Assembly: GCA_902802755.1 (NCBI GenBank)
Contig: CADCNH010000010.1
Coordinates: forward strand, 41,300-105,299
DNA length: 64,000 bases
Source of the DNA: an uncultured Bacteroidota bacterium
GTDB taxonomy: Bacteria > Bacteroidota > Bacteroidia > Bacteroidales > WCHB1-69
Direction: 5' to 3'
The notes under the pieces were generated by a model. It was not told the DNA's origin and made no database searches. It was given only the letters and a program-made list of their open reading frames with translations. The position numbers and the translations under genes are program-made. Positions 57,510 through 64,000 of this stretch are shown here, piece after piece (positions within the stretch are counted from its first letter, which is position 1; every line of letters starts with the position of its first letter).

Positions 57510-58454
57510 CTACTCTTCCGGCAGCGCCTTGAATCCGAGGCCCATGATCTCGGAGCTTTCAATGACGTTGACGAAGGCCTGGGGGTCAAGAAAACGCAAA
57601 TTGGATTTGAGTTTCACCAAGTCGCTACGGTCAAGGGTAACATAGATCATCTTGCGTTCCGCACCCTGATACATGCCGGTACCGGCAAATATGGTGCCGC
57701 CACGCTTCATGTCGTTGATGATAAAGTTGCGCACCTCATCCACTTTGTCAGTCACAATGAAAGCTGTCTTGTAAGACTTAATACCATCGACAATCAAGTC
57801 AATGACCTTACTTTCGATGGCAATAAGAATGATGGAATAGATAGGAAGACGGATTTGCTTGAAAGCAATCAAGGTGGTCAGGGTAATACATGAGTCCACA
57901 ATCAGCACTAATGTACCCAAGGAAATCTTAGTGTATTTGTGGATAATCATGGAGATGATATCGCTACCGCCAGAAGTGGCCCCGGATTTGAATATCAGAC
58001 CGATTGCTATGCCATAAATCACGCCTGCCACCACAGTATTCAGGAAATAATCGGGTACAAAGAACATATCGCTGTGGGGTATCTGCACAAAATTATGCGC
58101 ATCGGCTGCCACTTCAGTGATGCCGCCATGAATCACAGGATCATAGCCCCACAAAGTTTCTATCAGCCATGTAAAAACAAAAATCAAAACCGTTGACACC
58201 ACTGTCTTCACGCCAAAGCGGGGACCCAGCACCAAGGTGCCGATAATCAGCAACGGAATATCCATACAGATGGCATAGTAGCTGATTTTCCACGGCCACA
58301 CCGTATTGAACACGTTGGCCAAACCGTAAGTACCACCCGGAGCCAACAAATAGGGGTTCACAAACATCACATCGCCCACAGCGAAAAGCAAACTTCCGAC
58401 AATCAGGAGAAAATAAGCGTATATCTCAGTCTTTATCTTATTATTATTCAACAT
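57510..58454 (-). CDS. YitT-family membrane protein (DUF2179 C-terminal domain)
   Basis: 314 aa. Multi-TM N-terminus with LAPGGTYGLA and GATSGGSDII. Soluble C-terminal domain. Confidence 0.75.
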   Translation of the reverse strand: MLNNNKIKTEIYAYFLLIVGSLLFAVGDVMFVNPYLLAPGGTYGLANVFNTVWPWKISYYAICMDIPLLIIGTLVLGPRFGVKTVVSTVLIFVFTWLIETLWGYDPVIHGGITEVAADAHNFVQIPHSDMFFVPDYFLNTVVAGVIYGIAIGLIFKSGATSGGSDIISMIIHKYTKISLGTLVLIVDSCITLTTLIAFKQIRLPIYSIILIAIESKVIDLIVDGIKSYKTAFIVTDKVDEVRNFIINDMKRGGTIFAGTGMYQGAERKMIYVTLDRSDLVKLKSNLRFLDPQAFVNVIESSEIMGLGFKALPEE

Positions 58455-58485
58455 ATTACATTATTTTAAAAGACAAAGCAAAAAT

Positions 58486-58590
58486 ACAAAAAAAATTAGC
58501 AAATTAGTTAATTCGTTAATTAGTAAATGCGATAATTAGTTAATGATTTAATTTGCTAATTTACCAATTTGCTAATTTGCAAATTATTAC
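58486..58590. repeat. Word-repeat tract (TTAGCAAA / TTAATT / TTGCTAATT words)
   Basis: Contains the conserved element in reverse orientation (58495-58529: attagcaaattagttaattcgttaattagtaaatg), followed by atttgctaatttaccaatttgctaatttgcaaatt. Confidence 0.75.
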
Positions 58591-58598
58591 TATCTTTG
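58591..58598 (+). promoter_or_regulatory. -7 box TATCTTTG for the phosphatase gene
   Basis: tacTATCTTTGcac, 22 bp upstream of the ATG at 58620. Confidence 0.5.
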
Positions 58599-58619
58599 CA
58601 CTTTTCTAATACAACTACA

Positions 58620-59072
58620 ATGCATAAAATCCTTTTCATCTGTCACGGGAACATCTGCCGCAGTCCGATGGCCGAGTTTGTCATGAAAAAACTGGTGAAA
58701 GACGCGGGCAGAGAGGCCGAGTTTGAAATCGCCTCGGCGGCGACCAGCACCGAGGAAATCGGCAACCCTGTATATCCGCCTGCCAAACGGAAGTTGGCAG
58801 AGCACAACATCGGCTGTGCAGGCAAAACAGCCCGACAGATCACCCGTAAAGACTACGAATATTATGATTATATCATCGCAATGGACCATAACAACCTGCG
58901 GAACCTGCACCGCATGTTAGGCGACGACACCCTGCAAAAAATCTCCCTACTAATGGATTACACCTCCCGTCCCGGCGATGTTGCCGACCCTTGGTACACT
59001 GGTGATTTCGAGGCCACCTGGCAAGATGTGCTCGAGGGATGCACCGCCCTACTGCAAACATTTAAGCAATAA
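58620..59072 (+). CDS. Low-molecular-weight protein-tyrosine phosphatase
   Basis: MHKILFICHGNICRSPMAE (CX5R-S P-loop) and DPWY (general-acid Asp). Confidence 0.9.
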   Translation: MHKILFICHGNICRSPMAEFVMKKLVKDAGREAEFEIASAATSTEEIGNPVYPPAKRKLAEHNIGCAGKTARQITRKDYEYYDYIIAMDHNNLRNLHRMLGDDTLQKISLLMDYTSRPGDVADPWYTGDFEATWQDVLEGCTALLQTFKQ

Positions 59073-59092
59073 CCCTTTCAAAACACATAAAT

Positions 59093-62000
59093 ATGAAAAA
59101 AATCATCAGTATTATTGTTTTAAGCCTGTTTTGCTGTGCCACCTTGGCCCAACGCACACAGAAGCTGCAAGTGGTAAACTCCAATGAAATCATCCAGAAA
59201 GGCATACAGTTTCACGATGATGGCAAATACCAAGAGGCCATCAACGAGTACTCCAAAATACCCTTTGGCGATGTAAACTATGACCTTGCCTTATACGAGA
59301 AAGCGCTAAGCCAAGAGGCCTTCGGCGACTATCGCGGAGCCATCCAGAATATTAACCTGCTCCTTGAGCTTCCCGAGAGTCAAGTAGAGAAAAACCGCAT
59401 ATATTCAGTTTTGGGCGACTGCTATGACTATCTGGAACAGTACGAAAATGCTATCGAAGCCTACAACAAAGGTTTGGAAATCTCACCCTACGATTATATG
59501 TTGCATTTCAACAAGGGGGTGGCACAAATGAACAAAGAATTGTATGAATCCGCCATGGAAAGCTTCAAGCAATCCATCTTCATTTCGCCAGCCCATCAAG
59601 GAAGCCACTTCCGCTATGGCCTCTGCTGCCTGCAACTGGGGTACACCGTTCCCGGCATCCTTGCCCTTAATTTCGCTTCCATCATCAATCCCAACTCAAA
59701 TTATTGCATCAAATCGCTTCAACTTTTGGAAGAACTCTATAACGAAGGTGTCACCGCTTTCAATAATGATAATGATGTGACTATTTATAATCCATACGAT
59801 GAGTTGAACGAATTATATAAACCCATCCATAACTTGTTGGACAGCAAAGCCGCTGAAAGCAAGAAGTTTAAAAGTCTCACAAAAATCAACCATAATATAG
59901 TGAAATACAACCAGTTGGTTTTCTCCAATGTTTCCATCCGCCCCAACTCCCATGCTGTTGAGGATTTACTCTACGCACATTATTTTCAACAAATTATCAA
60001 CGATAACTGGTATAACACGTTCTGCTACGTCCAGCTTTCCTCTACCAATATCAACAATAACAAGGTGGCCAACAAGGCGATGAAAATGCAAAAAGAGTTT
60101 GATGATTTCATCGCTTTCACCGTGCCTTTCATCCGCGAGAAAGCCAGTCTTGGTTTTTTCACAGACAATGATGAGAACCTTACCTACGTATATTCCAAAA
60201 GATTGCAACTGGAAGGCTGGGGCAAATACAATGACAAACTCAAGAATCTGAATGTAAAAGAGGGTACATGGACTACTCTGAACCAGCAGGGTCAAATCGA
60301 TGAAATCTCCAATTATAAGAAGGGAAAAAGGGAGGGTAGTATCAATTTATACCAAGATGGAGTACTAGTTCAGCTTTCCACATGGAAAAATGACGAACCG
60401 GATGGGCAAGTGAAATTATACAAGGCCAATCCTTTCTTCCACCAATCTATACCTTCTGAGGAATTCATATTGACAGATGGCAAATACGAAGGCCCGTATA
60501 AAGCCTATCATTCCAACGGAGCACTCAGCACCGAAGGCACTCTGGTCCACAGTAAATTTGACGGCACTGTCCATTATTACGATGTGCAAGGCCATCTAAC
60601 AGGTATTGAAAACTATCAGAATCAGGAACAATATGGGCCTGCAACAAGCTATTATCCAGGTGGACAATTGAAAGTATCATCGTCTGTTGGCGCTAAGGAT
60701 GAAGAAACGGCCTATACCGAATATTATGTGGACGGGACTAAGAAATATGACGGCTTCGTCACCAATAACAACTACTCCGGAAAATGGACAGGCTATTACC
60801 CTTCAGGAGCTATTATGTCCATCGAGAATTATAACAAAGAGGGCGAAGAAGACGGAGACATATACAGTTACGACCGAAATGGCAAAGTCAACTTATACAA
60901 ACGTATGGAAAAAGGTAAACTTGCTGAAGAGAAATCTTACGATGCATTGAGTGGATTATTGGACTACAGCTATGAATTCGCCGATGGCAAACTTGTCAAA
61001 GTTAAAAACTACAATCCTGATGGTAGTATCAAGGCAGAATTTCCTGTCAAAGACAAGACCGTCACCTTCGACCTATACTCTGTTCATGGCTATAAAGAAT
61101 TCAGTGGTACTCTGGATGAAGATTTCAACTGGAAAAATACAAGAAAGACTTATTATCCCAATGGGCAGGTGAAAGAGGAAAGCAATTGGAAAAATAACAA
61201 TATGCAAGGAGATGGCAAGCAATATTACGCCAATGGCCGCTTAAGTTACCATGCCATATACCAAGATGGACATGCAAATGGTTTGCAAGTCAATTACTAC
61301 GACAATGCACAGAATCAGGTAAGCCAAGAAAGGTATATTATCAACGACACTGTTGTAGGCACCGGTTACGACTATTATCCCGATGGGACAACAAAGGCGG
61401 TGCAATGGAACGACAGGAATGGCAACACCCTTTATCAATGCTTCTATCTTCCCGACAACACCAAAAACGAAGAATGCTATTTTTTGGATGGTTCTCTCTG
61501 TATTGTCAAGTATTATAACAGAAACGGTGAAATCATAGCCTGTGACACCTTGATTAATGGCAACGGGACAATACACGAATACTACCCGGAAGGACAAGTT
61601 ATAAGAGCCATACCTGTTAAAGGCGGAAAATCTCTCGGCATGGAATATACCTATAATCTGGCAGGCAATGTGATTGATTCCACTTATTATCTTATGGGAG
61701 ACCCGAACGATATGATTAGAGAATACTATCCGACAGGGGAAATGAAAAGCATGGGCAGATACATAGGAGGCAATCCTCATGGCCAACACAGCGAATATTT
61801 GGTTGATGGGACAAAATCCATAGATGAATATTATGAATTCGGAGATTTGATATCCAGCACCGCATACGCTCTGAACAACAACCCCCTTAGAGTCAACACC
61901 TATTACTTTGACAATATGAGAACACTTCAGTGGTACGCCCCCGATGGGAAAACCGCTTTGATGAAACTGTATTACGCCGACAACACCTTGTTTAAAATAT

Positions 62001-62434
62001 CCTGTGCCCAAAAAGGAGGTAAAATGATGGATTATGAGAATGTCGGCACCGAAGAACAAACCTATAAGGCATACTATCCCAACGGGGCTCTTGGCGCAGT
62101 TATCTCTTACAAAAACGGTCTTCTCCATGGCACAAGGTCTCTCTATTACTCCAATGGTCAGGCTTACGAAACAGCTACTTTTAGCGAAGGAAACTTTGAA
62201 GGACCCGTCACAACTTATTATCAGAATGGAAACATCCACTCCAAAAAAGAATACAAAGACGATTTCCGCCATGGAAAATACGTGTTGTATTATCCTGATG
62301 GAAAAATCAAATACGAAGGAAATTACTACTATGGCATAGAACATGGTGAATTTAACACCTACGACAAAGACGGAAAACTGACTCACAGAGTAGTGATGTA
62401 CTACGGTGAACCCATTGAAGATGAGCGGTTTTAA
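59093..62434 (+). CDS. Secreted TPR plus MORN/YwqK-like repeat protein (1113 aa)
   Basis: Signal peptide. N-terminal TPR-like helices (YQEAINEYSK, YENAIEAYNKGLE). More than 20 repeats of the G....Y(Y/H).(N/D)G pattern (YYPNGQ, YYPSGA, YYADNT, YYQNGN). Confidence 0.75.
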   Translation: MKKIISIIVLSLFCCATLAQRTQKLQVVNSNEIIQKGIQFHDDGKYQEAINEYSKIPFGDVNYDLALYEKALSQEAFGDYRGAIQNINLLLELPESQVEKNRIYSVLGDCYDYLEQYENAIEAYNKGLEISPYDYMLHFNKGVAQMNKELYESAMESFKQSIFISPAHQGSHFRYGLCCLQLGYTVPGILALNFASIINPNSNYCIKSLQLLEELYNEGVTAFNNDNDVTIYNPYDELNELYKPIHNLLDSKAAESKKFKSLTKINHNIVKYNQLVFSNVSIRPNSHAVEDLLYAHYFQQIINDNWYNTFCYVQLSSTNINNNKVANKAMKMQKEFDDFIAFTVPFIREKASLGFFTDNDENLTYVYSKRLQLEGWGKYNDKLKNLNVKEGTWTTLNQQGQIDEISNYKKGKREGSINLYQDGVLVQLSTWKNDEPDGQVKLYKANPFFHQSIPSEEFILTDGKYEGPYKAYHSNGALSTEGTLVHSKFDGTVHYYDVQGHLTGIENYQNQEQYGPATSYYPGGQLKVSSSVGAKDEETAYTEYYVDGTKKYDGFVTNNNYSGKWTGYYPSGAIMSIENYNKEGEEDGDIYSYDRNGKVNLYKRMEKGKLAEEKSYDALSGLLDYSYEFADGKLVKVKNYNPDGSIKAEFPVKDKTVTFDLYSVHGYKEFSGTLDEDFNWKNTRKTYYPNGQVKEESNWKNNNMQGDGKQYYANGRLSYHAIYQDGHANGLQVNYYDNAQNQVSQERYIINDTVVGTGYDYYPDGTTKAVQWNDRNGNTLYQCFYLPDNTKNEECYFLDGSLCIVKYYNRNGEIIACDTLINGNGTIHEYYPEGQVIRAIPVKGGKSLGMEYTYNLAGNVIDSTYYLMGDPNDMIREYYPTGEMKSMGRYIGGNPHGQHSEYLVDGTKSIDEYYEFGDLISSTAYALNNNPLRVNTYYFDNMRTLQWYAPDGKTALMKLYYADNTLFKISCAQKGGKMMDYENVGTEEQTYKAYYPNGALGAVISYKNGLLHGTRSLYYSNGQAYETATFSEGNFEGPVTTYYQNGNIHSKKEYKDDFRHGKYVLYYPDGKIKYEGNYYYGIEHGEFNTYDKDGKLTHRVVMYYGEPIEDERF

Positions 62435-62484
62435 GCACGTAAAATAATTTTCTTAATAAATGTTATTTATTCAGAATAAATCAG

Positions 62485-62492
62485 TACCTTTG
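62485..62492 (+). promoter_or_regulatory. -7 box TACCTTTG for serC
   Basis: cagTACCTTTGcag, about 47 bp upstream of the ATG. Confidence 0.5.
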
Positions 62493-62538
62493 CAGAAAAT
62501 TTAAAACACATATTTATATAACATAAAACACTAATATC

Positions 62539-63657
62539 ATGAAAGTTGTTCACAATTTCAACGCCGGACCTTGCGTCCTTCCTAAGGAAGCGATTGAGTC
62601 CACCATTAACGCCATGCGCGATTTCGACAACACTGGTGTCGGCATTATGGAAATCTCCCATCGTACTCCGGGTTGGGAACGCATTATGGCAGAAACCCGC
62701 CAGCTCTGGCGCGACCTTCTCAACATCCCTGAAGAATACGAGATCCTTTTCCTCGGTGGCGGTGCCAGCACCCAGTTCTTCTGCGTGCCCGCTAACTTAA
62801 TGCGCAGCAAAGCCGCTTACCTTCAGACTGGTGTTTGGGCTAAGAAAGCTGCCAAAGAAGCCAAGCTGTTCGGTAAAGTTGACATTATCGCCTCTTCCGA
62901 AGACAAAACCTACAACTACATCCCGAAGGGTTGGACCGTCCCCGCTGACGCCGACTACTTCCATATCACTACCAACAACACCATTTACGGTACCGAAATC
63001 CGCGAGGACTTCACCGCTGAGAAATGCAACAACGTGATGCTCGTCGCTGACATGTCCTCCGACATCATGAGCCGTCCCGTTGACGTGACCAAGTATGGCC
63101 TCATCTACGGTGGTGCCCAGAAGAACGTCGGTCCTGCCGGTGTCACCTTCGTCATCGTCAAGAAATCCATCCTTGGCAACATCGGCGACCGCGCCTATAT
63201 GAACCCGCTGCCAACCATGGTGGACTACAGAACCCACGCTGCTGAAGAAGCCAAGAACATCTCCATGTTCAACACCCCGCCCGTAGGCGCCATCTTCCTC
63301 ATGCACGAAACCCTCAACTGGCTGAAGAACACCATCGGTGGCGTAGCCGAGATGAACAAGATCAACACCAAGAAATCCAACCTCCTGTACGAAGAAATTG
63401 ACCGCAACAGCATGTTTGTGGGCACCGTCGCCGACAAGGCCGACCGTTCCATCATGAACCACTGCTGGGTGATGGCTCCCGGCTACGAGGACAAGCAGGA
63501 CGCTTTCATGGCCTTTGCCAAGGAATGCGGCATGGTGGGCATCAAGGGTCACCGTTCCGTGGGCGGCTTCCGTGCCTCCCTCTACAACGCTTGCTCCATC
63601 GAAGACGTCGAAGCACTCGTAGATTGCATGCAGAAGTTTGAAAAAGCAAACAAATAA
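62539..63657 (+). CDS. serC: Phosphoserine aminotransferase
   Basis: 372 aa. FNAGPCVLPKEA, EISHRTP, LFLGGGASTQF, and YGGAQKNVGPAGVT (PLP Lys). Confidence 0.9.
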   Translation: MKVVHNFNAGPCVLPKEAIESTINAMRDFDNTGVGIMEISHRTPGWERIMAETRQLWRDLLNIPEEYEILFLGGGASTQFFCVPANLMRSKAAYLQTGVWAKKAAKEAKLFGKVDIIASSEDKTYNYIPKGWTVPADADYFHITTNNTIYGTEIREDFTAEKCNNVMLVADMSSDIMSRPVDVTKYGLIYGGAQKNVGPAGVTFVIVKKSILGNIGDRAYMNPLPTMVDYRTHAAEEAKNISMFNTPPVGAIFLMHETLNWLKNTIGGVAEMNKINTKKSNLLYEEIDRNSMFVGTVADKADRSIMNHCWVMAPGYEDKQDAFMAFAKECGMVGIKGHRSVGGFRASLYNACSIEDVEALVDCMQKFEKANK

Positions 63658-63690
63658 TCGATAAATAACAATTGCTAATTAATAGTTGAC

Positions 63691-64000
63691 ATGAAAGTAT
63701 TAATCGCTACTGAAAAGCCTTTCGCAAAAGCCGCTGTTGACGGCATTCGCGAAATCGTTGAAAAAGCAGGTTATGAACTTTGCTTATTAGAGAAATATAC
63801 TGACGTACAGCAGTTGTACGATGCAGTGGCTGATGTTGATGCCCTGATCGTCCGCTCCGACAAAGTGACTGCCGAAGTTATTGACGCTGCCAAAAACCTG
63901 AAGATTGTGGTTCGCGCTGGCGCCGGCTTCGACAACCTCAACCTGGAGGCTTGCACCGCCAACAACATCGTGGCTATGAACACCCCCGGCCAGAACTCAA
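63691..64000 (+). CDS. serA: D-3-phosphoglycerate dehydrogenase, N-terminal part (runs off the right edge)
   Basis: MKVLIATEKPFAKAAVDGI...ALIVRSDKVTAEVIDAAKNLKIVVRAGAGFDNLNLEACTANNIVAMNTPGQNS is the 2-hydroxyacid dehydrogenase N-terminal pattern. It is adjacent to serC. Confidence 0.8.
   Translation, partial: MKVLIATEKPFAKAAVDGIREIVEKAGYELCLLEKYTDVQQLYDAVADVDALIVRSDKVTAEVIDAAKNLKIVVRAGAGFDNLNLEACTANNIVAMNTPGQNS

Noticed and set aside
61241-62386. 381-aa minus-strand ORF
   Set aside because: It is antisense to the MORN-repeat gene. Its translation is I/V/F-rich low complexity with no motifs, whereas the sense frame carries consistent MORN/YwqK repeats and a signal peptide.

Overview
This 64-kb window looks like a Bacteroidota chromosome segment, probably Prevotellaceae-like. 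That call is an inference from three things: TAnnTTTG -7 promoter boxes in front of many genes, a T9SS type-B C-terminal sorting domain, and the gene content. Housekeeping genes (initiator-type tRNA-Met, tsaE, nadE, pfkA, hpt-adk, ygiQ, rpsO-pnp, serC-serA) alternate with accessory DNA.

Left edge: a multi-module NRPS gene that begins with a condensation domain. On the same strand it is preceded by an outer-membrane beta-barrel gene, a STAS protein and a Cache-PP2C-HATPase fusion (a partner-switching module).

I see three candidate uncharacterised conflict or defence loci:
- 15.9-20.7 kb: a co-oriented cassette of an orphan 424-aa protein, a wHTH-AAA+ ATPase, a 116-aa protein and a PD-(D/E)xK-like protein.
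- 36.5-40.7 kb: a 1278-aa protein with an N-terminal SEC-C zinc motif and a C-terminal PD-(D/E)xK-like motif, preceded by a small CxC-rich ORF.
- 46.7-51.7 kb: an AAA_21-type ATPase lacking a Walker A, an RloB-like protein, and a 1073-aa protein with an Mrr-like nuclease head and a long helical body.

The last two loci lie in an AT-rich island (about 35.1-52.3 kb). The island also holds a fossil C-terminus of an R-M/BREX-type methyltransferase and two large DUF1566/Cys-repeat surface proteins. It is bracketed by REP clusters.

Repeats are abundant in the window:
- Three IS200-like Y1 (RAYT-type) transposase genes, each flanked by inverted REP hairpins.
- A five-unit REP array.
- A 433-bp MITE with 23-bp TIRs and an 8-bp TSD that disrupts an ORF6N gene.
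- Distinctive heptamer word repeats (TTGACA / TTGAAC / CTGAAAA / TTAGCACA types). They carry TGA in all three frames on one strand and are stop-free on the other. They occur in-frame inside the NRPS gene.

All functional calls are motif-level readings of the supplied translations. No database search was run.
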